From Candidatus Berkelbacteria bacterium (GTDB taxonomy: Bacteria; Patescibacteriota; UBA1384; 2-12-FULL-50-11): a DNA stretch of 64,000 nucleotides. The notes below the pieces were generated by a model. That model saw only the letters and a list, made by a program, of their open reading frames with translations. It ran no database searches and had not been told where the DNA came from. Numbering within the stretch: the first letter of the stretch is position 1; each line of letters opens with the position of its first letter. Below are positions 41,258 to 49,167 of this stretch, piece after piece. The position numbers and the translations under genes are program-made. The stretch lies in NCBI GenBank assembly GCA_016432625.1, contig CP066697.1, positions 586,561 to 650,560 on the forward strand, read 5' to 3'.

Positions 41258-42340
41258 ATGTCTGAAATCGTTCGCGTCGCAACAAAAGCGATGAGGATGA
41301 TGCTCGGCGAGCAAGACGACCCTGAACTCATCCTTCTCTCCTTCCCCGGAAGTTCTGGTGCGAGAGTGTCGCTTTTTAGACACGCTCGCACCAATTCTCT
41401 CTATGCAGTGAAGTGCGTGGCGCAGTCACGGGTTTCACTAATGGACGAGATCGGAAGAAGAAACGCACTAACGCCTTACCTGCCGGATCACCTCCCGCAG
41501 GTATTATGGTGCCAAGTGTTGGACGGCTTCGAGGTCATGATCTCCGAGTGTAAGGGGATACATTCCCTCCATCACCTCATTATCAACTCCAACGTGCCTC
41601 ACAGTCGTTTACTAGGAGTCTGGAAGGACTTTATAGAGGCGCTACTGCGAATGTGGCAAGGTTCCGAGCACCAGTTCAATGAAGCTCTGTGCCCGCGCTT
41701 CTTTCCCGCCCGGCTGGGTAGGATTGAGCAGGGTATTCGTAATGCGACCGTTGGCAAGACCAAGCTCTCCGAGTGTTGGGATATGCCAGTGGTCGTCAAC
41801 GGTAGCGAATACCAGTCTATCGCAAAATCGTTCGAGGCGATTGCCCAGGTGGGCAAGCCAAAAATGGGCGTAGTGTGCCACGGCGATCCTCAGCCCAGCA
41901 ATATCGTTGTCGGGACGAGGTACTCATGGTACTGCGTAGACTGGGAGTGGGCAGGCCCTCATCAGGATTGGAGAATGATGTTGGCCAATCTCTACGGGTG
42001 GTGGTCTACCCGTTGCAGCGTCTTGTCTACCGATGCCGTCTTGCGAGTGTCTCGAAATCGTCTTGAAATCGAACACAGCTCGTACGTGCCGACCCACTTA
42101 CAACCGTACCAAGACATCGCGCGCTCCGTTGCTTCGACGATGTCAGCTGGATTTCCGAGTGAGGAGACGACAAATGACGTTAACCGGTTTCTCGCCGCGC
42201 TCTACTTTGGGGAGATTAGATTTCTTCACATGTGGGGACGCGAGGCTTTCGCTGAAACAATGCTGGCTCAGGCCATCACTACGATTAGCGGATCATATCG
42301 GGGCGCTAACGCACAGTCGTTCAGATTCCCTCAACAATAA
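41258..42340 (+). CDS. Aminoglycoside/choline-kinase-like phosphotransferase
   Basis: GSSGARV P-loop, YAVK, HGDPQPSNI (Brenner motif), DWE; AAGGAGG RBS. Confidence 0.8.
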   Translation: MSEIVRVATKAMRMMLGEQDDPELILLSFPGSSGARVSLFRHARTNSLYAVKCVAQSRVSLMDEIGRRNALTPYLPDHLPQVLWCQVLDGFEVMISECKGIHSLHHLIINSNVPHSRLLGVWKDFIEALLRMWQGSEHQFNEALCPRFFPARLGRIEQGIRNATVGKTKLSECWDMPVVVNGSEYQSIAKSFEAIAQVGKPKMGVVCHGDPQPSNIVVGTRYSWYCVDWEWAGPHQDWRMMLANLYGWWSTRCSVLSTDAVLRVSRNRLEIEHSSYVPTHLQPYQDIARSVASTMSAGFPSEETTNDVNRFLAALYFGEIRFLHMWGREAFAETMLAQAITTISGSYRGANAQSFRFPQQ

Positions 42341-42351
42341 GGAGTAGGCAT

Positions 42352-43197
42352 ATGTATCGAACGTTCATGACTCAACAAAACTTCGACTTTGTCCAGCAGG
42401 CCATAAGGCGCCTAGCTGGGGAGGTCGAGGCAAAAGACGGGGACGGAAGCTTCTGGGTGAACTACGGCAGCTTCGTGCTGAACCAACAAACGCCCGAGAG
42501 CGATCTTGACCTGCTCTTCATCCACAGTCAGCCAACCGCCGTACGAAGAATCCAGTCATCTTTCAGTGGCCACGACGTTACGATCTACTCGCTCAACAGA
42601 AGAGATTTTGTTAGCGACGGTCAACGCAGGGTGTTTGGAGGATACTTCGGCGGTAAGGTTCTTAACCCCCTGGTTACGTTCAATGCCTCGGAGAAGGATC
42701 AAAGCATGCTACTGGAGGTCGGTGGGTTATTCATCGGCCAATTCGCTTCTGCGATAGCAGATAAGCATGTTCGGAGAACCTCCACGAAGGCAAACCTTGC
42801 GGCAGATTCGGTCCTAGCAAGACTCCATCTTTGCCCTTGGTATCGAAGCTACTTTCTGCGGTACTTCACCTCACCGACTTTCCCACAGCTGTGGGACAAG
42901 ATGTCGGAGGTGACTACCCTGTCTTTCCTGAAAGCAGGGATAGTGACGCAGGACGACGACAACTTTCGCTACCTAAATACGCTCTCACTCGCGGATTTAC
43001 ACGAGACTGCCCTTGAGGCAGTTGCCCGATTCTGGGCGTTAGGTAGCTGTCTACACGGTGCTTTACCCGACTTTCCGGCATTTTACATGCAGAAGGCCGA
43101 GCAGTACGTGCGGGACAACCGACTAGAAAATCGCCTGGAGGAGATGATGAGTTTTCTCCAAGCCCAGTCCAACACAGGAGGAACCCATGTTAACTGA
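42352..43197 (+). CDS. Pol-beta superfamily nucleotidyltransferase domain protein
   Basis: YGS-x9-SDLDLL motif near N-terminus; AAGGAG RBS. Confidence 0.7.
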   Translation: MYRTFMTQQNFDFVQQAIRRLAGEVEAKDGDGSFWVNYGSFVLNQQTPESDLDLLFIHSQPTAVRRIQSSFSGHDVTIYSLNRRDFVSDGQRRVFGGYFGGKVLNPLVTFNASEKDQSMLLEVGGLFIGQFASAIADKHVRRTSTKANLAADSVLARLHLCPWYRSYFLRYFTSPTFPQLWDKMSEVTTLSFLKAGIVTQDDDNFRYLNTLSLADLHETALEAVARFWALGSCLHGALPDFPAFYMQKAEQYVRDNRLENRLEEMMSFLQAQSNTGGTHVN

Positions 43198-44221
43198 GTC
43201 CTGGCTTCAAGACAGGATGCGATTGGCCGCAGCTGAGGCGACTGTTACCGTCAAGCAGTTTGCGCTTGAGACGATCGCAGATTCGCCAGACGACGCGTTC
43301 ACCGAGATACGTAACGGGTTCGCACGAGTCGGCGTCTTCGCGTTCCAGAACCCGGTACCGGTTTTCGAAGCCATGCTCGACCGGAAACAGTTCTCTGTTC
43401 TCGTCGGTATGCGCCCGAACGCGGTATTTCATCTCGGACATCTTACGCTTATGCGAGAATTGCATTGGCTCATCCAGCAAGGCGGCCAACCGATCTTCGT
43501 GTTTGCGGGATATGAAGCTGATCGACATATCACGACAAGTGAGGCAGAGCAGGAGACGATGCGCTTTGATCAAGCGTACCGGAAGTTCACCGGGACTCCA
43601 TTGCCGGCAACCGCAGTGAGCTTCTCCGATCAAGACAGTCAAGAGCTGAAAGTCCTAGAGTTAGGCGCTGCGAAGTGCTTATCTACAAGGAAGGTTCTTC
43701 AGTTGTATGGCTGGGACGCGAGCATCCCACTCGCTTCGTTACGCGTACCTGCCATTACGGCAGCAGCGTTTCTTCTGCCTACGACCCTCTACCCGAAACG
43801 GCCGGCACTGGTACTTTCGGACATCCATCAAGTCACACATGCAGAAGCCGCCAAGATCGTGGCCTGCAAACTACAACTCCCTTCGCCCAGCTACTCGTAT
43901 CGCCTGCTTCTTCCGAGTCTGAGGGGCCCGACAAAGAGAATGAGCGCTAAGGACGCCAAGTCGCTCATCACGCTCATTGAACCAACGGAGCAGGTGGAAC
44001 GTAAGCTACGTCAATGCTTTTCCGGAGGTCGTCAAAGCCCCGAGGAACAGCGAAGCGCGGGCGGCGACCCACAGCACTGTTCCTTCTTCCGGATTGCCGA
44101 GCTGCTACAGCCTTACGAGACTACAGCGCAGATGCATGAGGACTGTGTTTCAGGAGCATCGCTGTGTGGTGAGTGCAAAAAGAAGCACTTGAGCAATATC
44201 GCAAGGAGGATCCATGGATAG
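43187..44221 (+). CDS. Divergent TrpRS-like protein (archaeal/eukaryote-type C-terminus)
   Basis: GMRPNAVFHLGH (HIGH), RMSAK (KMSKS-like), FSGGRQS.EEQR..GGDP..C, C.SG..LCGECKK; AGGAGG RBS. Confidence 0.8.
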   Translation: MLTESWLQDRMRLAAAEATVTVKQFALETIADSPDDAFTEIRNGFARVGVFAFQNPVPVFEAMLDRKQFSVLVGMRPNAVFHLGHLTLMRELHWLIQQGGQPIFVFAGYEADRHITTSEAEQETMRFDQAYRKFTGTPLPATAVSFSDQDSQELKVLELGAAKCLSTRKVLQLYGWDASIPLASLRVPAITAAAFLLPTTLYPKRPALVLSDIHQVTHAEAAKIVACKLQLPSPSYSYRLLLPSLRGPTKRMSAKDAKSLITLIEPTEQVERKLRQCFSGGRQSPEEQRSAGGDPQHCSFFRIAELLQPYETTAQMHEDCVSGASLCGECKKKHLSNIARRIHG

Positions 44222-44236
44222 GAAAAATCCAGACCG

Positions 44237-44275
44237 AAAAGGCCGGCCGTGCGATGCACTTACCGGCCTTTTTTT
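44237..44275 (+). terminator. Intrinsic terminator of the trpS four-gene operon
   Basis: aaaaggccgg...ccggcctttt followed by a T-tract. Confidence 0.8.
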
Positions 44276-44302
44276 GACTCCCAAGGCGCGAGTTAGCGTC
44301 AC

Positions 44303-44331
44303 TTGACACCCAGGTTAACTCAACCTACTAT
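44303..44331 (+). promoter_or_regulatory. Sigma70-type promoter
   Basis: TTGACA-17 nt-TACTAT. Confidence 0.8.
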
Positions 44332-44338
44332 TACCAAG

Positions 44339-44392
44339 ATGGTTAAACAGCTGTCGACTACAACTTGGTGGGGAGGCTTGACACTGATTTAG
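44339..44392 (+). CDS. Leader peptide with tandem Trp codons (MVKQLSTTTWWGGLTLI), TrpL-like
   Basis: ATG 7 nt after the -10 box; TGG TGG at 44366-44371; TAG at 44390-44392. Confidence 0.7.
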   Translation: MVKQLSTTTWWGGLTLI

Positions 44393-44450
44393 GTGACTAG
44401 GCCACTTTGCCATAACTAAAACCACGAGGCCCGGTCACCCGGGATTTTTT
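44392..44450 (+). promoter_or_regulatory. Transcription attenuator: mutually exclusive antiterminator and terminator
   Basis: ggtgactaggcc (44392-44403) can pair with ggcccggtcacc (44428-44439), which overlaps terminator cccgg-tcac-ccggg-a-tttttt (44430-44450). Confidence 0.7.
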
Positions 44451-44469
44451 GTACCTCACAAGGAGCCCT

Positions 44470-45225
44470 ATGATTACCCTTTCGACATACGCTTCGCAGT
44501 TCGCTTTTGCGCCCGAACACACCCTGCATATAGGGGTGGAGCGCGAAAGCTTCCTCGTCCAACACAGCGAGATCGTACCAGCAGCGTTCGAGGTGCTGAA
44601 AATGCTACCTCAACCGCGATTCGGTTACGAACTTTCAGCGTGCCAACTGGAAGACCGCGTCGGTCCGTGTCAGTTAGCTCAACTACCAGACGAGCTGAAA
44701 CGAAACGATGAGTTAGCCGAGGAGGCACTGAGTCTTCTCGGTCTGCGGCGACTGTTCCTAGAAGTCGCTCCTGACTCCATGCCGCTCGACCACTACCCCT
44801 CGAAACGTTACGACGAGATCGTCGCCAAGATCACCAAAGAGCGTCTTCTCGCTGCTTGCCAGGTGACGGGCACCCACGTTCATGTCGGTATGCCCGATGC
44901 GGATACGGCCATGAGGGTACATAGCGCCGTCATCCCTTACACCGACGAGCTCTGTCAAATGGGTGACCACTCTGGTGGTCGTCGCTTGCAGATCTATCGG
45001 ATTATGGCTGCCGACTATCAGCCAATCGCCTGGCGGGGCTGGGATCACTTCGAGGCCTACGCCATCGAGCATGACTTCGTCAACGACCCACGCTCGTGCT
45101 GGCACCTGATTCGCTTGTCGGTTCACGGCACGATCGAGTTTCGAATGTTTGGCAGCCCGCGTTCCAACGACGACGTCGTCAACTGGGCAGAACGTTGCTA
45201 CTCACTGTGTCGTGACGCCCTCTGA
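44470..45225 (+). CDS. Carboxylate-amine ligase, glutamate--cysteine ligase family 2 (GCS2/YbdK-like, short)
   Basis: IGVERE, YEL..CQLE, GTHVHVG, W..IR...HGTIEFR; AGGAG RBS before ATG 44470. Confidence 0.82.
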   Translation: MITLSTYASQFAFAPEHTLHIGVERESFLVQHSEIVPAAFEVLKMLPQPRFGYELSACQLEDRVGPCQLAQLPDELKRNDELAEEALSLLGLRRLFLEVAPDSMPLDHYPSKRYDEIVAKITKERLLAACQVTGTHVHVGMPDADTAMRVHSAVIPYTDELCQMGDHSGGRRLQIYRIMAADYQPIAWRGWDHFEAYAIEHDFVNDPRSCWHLIRLSVHGTIEFRMFGSPRSNDDVVNWAERCYSLCRDAL

Positions 45226-45254
45226 TGAATGGGGGGCCACTCCCCCATTCATCA
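45223..45254. terminator. Hairpin between convergent genes
   Basis: tgatgaatggggg/cccccattcatca, a 13-bp perfect stem containing both TGA stops. Confidence 0.7.
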
Positions 45255-46073
45255 AACCTTTTCAATTTTACTCAGTAAAATAAACGACTCCTCGCCAACC
45301 TTTTGCTTTGGCCTGGGAAATAAGATGTAGGTATTATCTGCCGCAATGAATTTTCGCTGGCTATCCCGGGCGAACTGTTGAGCTGGCTCAAGTTTTTGGA
45401 AGTTAACGTAGGTTTGGTCAAATTCAAAATCAGCGGTTTCCCGCTTCACTACCTCGGCCACGCGGTACAATGCAGGCCGTGATTGGATTGCCTTTGGGGC
45501 ATCGACCAGCCCGTACTGGCCAAGAAAGGTTAGGACTGATTGCTCTGCTACAGGGACGTATTTCTCAGGCTCAAAGTTTGAACCGCACTCCAAACAGATA
45601 CCAATCTTGCCCTGCGAGGTCATATAACAATCGGTTCCACCGGTTGCGACTTCGCTAATACCGGTCAAAATCGCGCTGATCGGTAGGTGACCAGCAAGTT
45701 CTACGCCAGCCGAATCAGTGATAGCAAAGACATCCGTCTCTTGACCATTGTAACCGTGCAGATCGAGTAAAGCGTCACACTTGTTCAGTAACGCCATTAG
45801 CTCACGAGCCCGCTCATCCTCCCAGGTCTTGCCGTCGTTCCCGGTGAAGAAACAGCGGTTAAGATTCTTTAAAATTGACCGTTGTCTTCGTGCTATAGCA
45901 GGTGGATTGGCTAAAACAAAGTAGGCAGTTCCTGCTTTAATCTGGAGCGTTGGCAAAAGATTTTGGAGAGCCTGCACACCTGCCAGCTCGTTACCATGGA
46001 CCCCGGCAAAAACAGCGACTGTCTTGCCAGGCTTTGGTCCCCGTTTAATTGTCACAGTTTCATTGATTGTCAT
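45252..46073 (-). CDS. Succinylglutamate desuccinylase/aspartoacylase family (M14) deacylase
   Basis: GVHGNE, NLNRCF, LLDLH, LECG; start set at ATG 46073. Confidence 0.88.
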   Translation of the reverse strand: MTINETVTIKRGPKPGKTVAVFAGVHGNELAGVQALQNLLPTLQIKAGTAYFVLANPPAIARRQRSILKNLNRCFFTGNDGKTWEDERARELMALLNKCDALLDLHGYNGQETDVFAITDSAGVELAGHLPISAILTGISEVATGGTDCYMTSQGKIGICLECGSNFEPEKYVPVAEQSVLTFLGQYGLVDAPKAIQSRPALYRVAEVVKRETADFEFDQTYVNFQKLEPAQQFARDSQRKFIAADNTYILFPRPKQKVGEESFILLSKIEKV

Positions 46074-46134
46074 TCGTAGCCGCATCTTACCATCACGATT
46101 CTGATTAATCACCGCTCAGTGACCTCTGAGAGAC

Positions 46135-46163
46135 TTGACCGCTCAGCTGACAAACACTACAAT
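46135..46163 (+). promoter_or_regulatory. Sigma70-type promoter upstream of tRNA-Trp
   Basis: TTGACC-17 nt-TACAAT. Confidence 0.7.
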
Positions 46164-46218
46164 TCGCCTAACTCGTTGCCTTAACATAAAGGTAACGGAG
46201 ACCATCCCAATTGTTTGC

Positions 46219-46290
46219 GCCCTCGTAGCCTAGTGGTTAAGGCAACGGTCTCCAAAACCGTCGACGCAGGTTCGAATCCTGTCGAGGGTG
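46219..46290 (+). tRNA. trnW: tRNA-Trp (CCA); 3'-CCA not encoded
   Basis: Acceptor GCCCTCG/CGAGGGT, D arm GCCT..AGGC, anticodon arm ACGGT-CTCCAAA-ACCGT, T arm GCAGG-TTCGAAT-CCTGT, G73. Confidence 0.95.
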
Positions 46291-46322
46291 CAAACAAAAT
46301 CCCGAATCGTGAGGAAAATACT

Positions 46323-46535
46323 ATGCCACTTTCACCGACCCAGTCGGTCTCATTCTGGTGCGAAGAGTGCCAATGGAAGACTGGTGGTGTCATCATCGAC
46401 GGGAAACCCGTCTGTCCGAAGTGCCGAGGCAAGCTCCTTGGCATTAACTTTTGTCCTAAGTGCAAAATAGGCACGGCGCTTGAAGCCTGCCCGCTCTGCC
46501 ACGACCCTATCAAGTCGGACAGCGATCCCGGATAG
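46323..46535 (+). CDS. Small double zinc-ribbon protein (4 CxxC)
   Basis: CEEC, CPKC, CPKC, CPLC in 70 aa; GAGGA RBS. The longer ORF-track version overlaps the tRNA. Confidence 0.7.
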   Translation: MPLSPTQSVSFWCEECQWKTGGVIIDGKPVCPKCRGKLLGINFCPKCKIGTALEACPLCHDPIKSDSDPG

Positions 46536-46544
46536 GAGGGGATC

Positions 46545-47825
46545 ATGAAAGACCCATACAGTTGGCCTGGACAGGCCACGGAACTAGTCATGCGTGATGC
46601 CGAGAGCGCCCTTGGCGAATGTAGTTGTTTGCCCTGGGAGTGGGCCACATTTGGCTACCCCGGCAGAGCACCACTGCCAGTCGCGCTCGAAGCACTCACC
46701 CTCGCTCAAAAGATCAATCCCAACAATATCGGTGACCACTCGCTTCCCTTCCGACAGGCGGGGCATAAGCAAACCGAGCACGGGTTTGACGGTACCCAAC
46801 GATTGGAGCGTGAAGCAATTGCCAGCCTCGTCCAGCTTGCCGGTGGCGACCCAGCCACAACTGGCGGTTACCTCTGCGAGGGTGGCACCTCTGCCAACCT
46901 TGCCGGTCTCTGGATGGGACGCAATTACTTGCGAGCTCAACCTGGGGCAAAGCGAACGGTGATTATCACGACTCGTCTTGCCCACTACAGCATCCTGAAG
47001 GCAGCCGATATCCTCGGCTTCAACCCGAACGACATCATCTACGCGCCGTGTAACCGCTCCGGCGGTATATCGGTTTGCGACATCACTGAACTGGCGTATC
47101 GACTCCAGTCGGAAAGGATCACCGGCGTACTGTTCGTCTGTACGGCTGGGAGCACGATGATGGGCAGCGTCGACGATGTCAGCCAAGTTAACGAACTTCG
47201 CGCTGGCTTGAGGCTAGCCGGTATCTCGACGTACATCCATGTCGATGCGGCCTTCGGCGGGTTCGTGCTGCCGTTTCTGGCCAAGCCGGTACGCTTCGGC
47301 TTCGACCAGGGAGCTGACTCTGTCGTCATTGACCCCCACAAAATGGGGGGCGTACCGTTCGGTTGCGGAGCAATCCTCTACCGCGAGCAGTACGCCGGAC
47401 CAGTGGCGGTTAAGGCACCGTACTTGAACAGCGAACAGGACTGGACAATCAACGGCAGCCGCAGCGGCGCTAACGCTGTTGCTCTTTGGGCAGTGCTTGA
47501 AGAGCAGGGCTTTGATCAACTTGCCAAGTGCGTGCAGCAATGCATCGCTTTGCGCGACTACGCCAGAGAGCTATTGGACCAGGTCGACCACTTCCAAGTG
47601 CACGTCGGCCAAACCAACCAGCTTTGCCTGGAGATCACCGACCTTTCGGTGGTGGAGAGACTTGCTAGTCGAGTCTGTAACCACCCTTACTACATGCATG
47701 TCGCCCCGTTCCCCAGACGGTTCGACGACCCCAACTGCCAGGAAGGGCGCGCGCTCAAGATGATCTTGATGCCGCACCACACCAAGCAGATGGTGGACGA
47801 GTTCGTTAGACAGGTGAAACTATGA
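46545..47825 (+). CDS. Group II PLP-dependent amino acid decarboxylase (MfnA/tyrosine-aspartate decarboxylase-like)
   Basis: GGTSANL, AHYS, AGST..GSVD, HVDAAFGG, DPHK (PLP Lys), GSRSG. Confidence 0.88.
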   Translation: MKDPYSWPGQATELVMRDAESALGECSCLPWEWATFGYPGRAPLPVALEALTLAQKINPNNIGDHSLPFRQAGHKQTEHGFDGTQRLEREAIASLVQLAGGDPATTGGYLCEGGTSANLAGLWMGRNYLRAQPGAKRTVIITTRLAHYSILKAADILGFNPNDIIYAPCNRSGGISVCDITELAYRLQSERITGVLFVCTAGSTMMGSVDDVSQVNELRAGLRLAGISTYIHVDAAFGGFVLPFLAKPVRFGFDQGADSVVIDPHKMGGVPFGCGAILYREQYAGPVAVKAPYLNSEQDWTINGSRSGANAVALWAVLEEQGFDQLAKCVQQCIALRDYARELLDQVDHFQVHVGQTNQLCLEITDLSVVERLASRVCNHPYYMHVAPFPRRFDDPNCQEGRALKMILMPHHTKQMVDEFVRQVKL

Positions 47826-48076
47826 CAGCGGAACAGAGCGCAGCTCTACCTCAGCTGACATGGACCCCGGAAATGATAGAGACACTTCGATCTGAAGCTT
47901 GGGAGGCCGTGAGCAATCGCGAGCACTCAGCCATGAAGATCGAGCTGCTTCTCGCCCAAATCGAGGAGGTCCTCGAGCGCAAGCTCGTCAGCGGTAATGA
48001 GGTGTTGGTTTGGCACGAACGCCGAATCGAACTCCAAGAGCTGCACCAAATCGCCACTAGCCGCTGGGAAAACTAA
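47822..48076 (+). CDS. Hypothetical helical protein
   Basis: 84-aa ORF with ATGA overlap onto the decarboxylase stop. Confidence 0.55.
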   Translation: MTAEQSAALPQLTWTPEMIETLRSEAWEAVSNREHSAMKIELLLAQIEEVLERKLVSGNEVLVWHERRIELQELHQIATSRWEN

Positions 48077-48112
48077 CCCAGTCGCCCCGACCCTCACCGC
48101 ACCGCGGTGGCC

Positions 48113-48144
48113 AGGCGGAAAGCTTCAAAACTTTCCGCCTTTTT
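48113..48144 (+). terminator. Intrinsic terminator
   Basis: aggcggaaag/ctttccgcct plus tttt. Confidence 0.75.
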
Positions 48145-48793
48145 AGTACTGATGCTGAAAATAGAGTTCGGCAATTTTTTCCATAATTGCCTTGGTCGCT
48201 TTCTTTGTGTTTCCGTCACTTAAATCTGGGTAATCAATGTTATTGAGGTAAAAAGGCTCACCGATTCGAATGATTATTCGCGGTCGGCCGAGGGCAAAAG
48301 GGATGAATGGCGGCAAGTCATGCGGTGCGTTTATGGATAGCGGCAGAATGGCTGAACCAGTCATCAAGGCCAACATTGCCGCGCCGCGCTTACCTTCACC
48401 AAGCTTGGCTCTTTCTGGAATGACCTTACCCTCCGGAAACATCATCACCGAGCCGTTGTGCTTGAGGATATGTAACGGCGTTCTAAGCGAACGCTCAATG
48501 CCTTTACGCCTATGGGCCATAAATGCACCGAGCATCCAAATTAAAAGATTGAGCCCGGGAATGTAAAAAATCTTGTTTTTGGCCATAAAGCGCAAGGGAA
48601 ACAACGAAGGCCGACTAAGAAGCGCTACCCCAACCAACTGTGGATCGATGTGACTTTCATGGTTGGAAACGACAATTAATGGCCGCGAGGCTTCCCGCAA
48701 ATTTTCCCGACCGATAACCTCAAGGCGCGAAAACGTCTTCAGTAGTCCCCAGCTAAGGCCTGCGGCGATATATTGGAATAAAGCGATGATCAT
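48143..48793 (-). CDS. plsC: 1-acyl-sn-glycerol-3-phosphate acyltransferase
   Basis: NHESHIDP (HX4D), FMAK, FPEG, KRGAA. Confidence 0.9.
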   Translation of the reverse strand: MIIALFQYIAAGLSWGLLKTFSRLEVIGRENLREASRPLIVVSNHESHIDPQLVGVALLSRPSLFPLRFMAKNKIFYIPGLNLLIWMLGAFMAHRRKGIERSLRTPLHILKHNGSVMMFPEGKVIPERAKLGEGKRGAAMLALMTGSAILPLSINAPHDLPPFIPFALGRPRIIIRIGEPFYLNNIDYPDLSDGNTKKATKAIMEKIAELYFQHQY

Positions 48794-48839
48794 TCAAGGG
48801 TATTGTACCTGTTAGGAAAGGCGGCGAGTAGTTCTGCGA

Positions 48840-49140
48840 AAGCGAAGGCTGCGTTTGATATCAAACGCAGCCAGATCCTATTTTCGGCGTTGCCAAGGCA
48901 GGGTGAGCCTACAAGTTGCGTGGAGTCATGCTCCGTGCTGGGCCGATAACAACCGGCCCGTTAGTTTCTGCTTTCCGCAGGGCGTGTTTCCCGACCAGTG
49001 TGGGTCAAGACGGTCCTCCGTGAGAAACGGTCGGTACGGCGTTCGGATCACCGTACAAGTGACGAGTGACGCGCGTGGGCGTCGTAAGCTATCGATGTAC
49101 TTTTGACGGTCCTCCCCGCAACCTCACTGCTGGTTGCACT
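48840..49140 (-). ncRNA. Candidate ~290-nt structured non-coding RNA (family not recognised)
   Basis: Own promoter (TTGACA-16-TAGACT, 49171-49144), eight or more short hairpins, terminal 26-bp palindrome 48847-48872, no convincing ORF. Confidence 0.5.
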
Positions 49141-49167
49141 TAAAGTCTATGCCTCACTTTGTAACTG

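Noticed and set aside
46181-46648. ORFs 46215-46535 (long form) and 46181-46648 spanning the tRNA
   Set aside because: They read through tRNA-Trp; only the Zn-ribbon part from 46323 has an RBS.
48840-49140. RNase P RNA, tmRNA or CRISPR interpretation of the structured region
   Set aside because: No GAGGAAAGUCC or CR-V motif, no tRNA-like ends, and only one 11-nt repeat pair rather than a repeat-spacer array.
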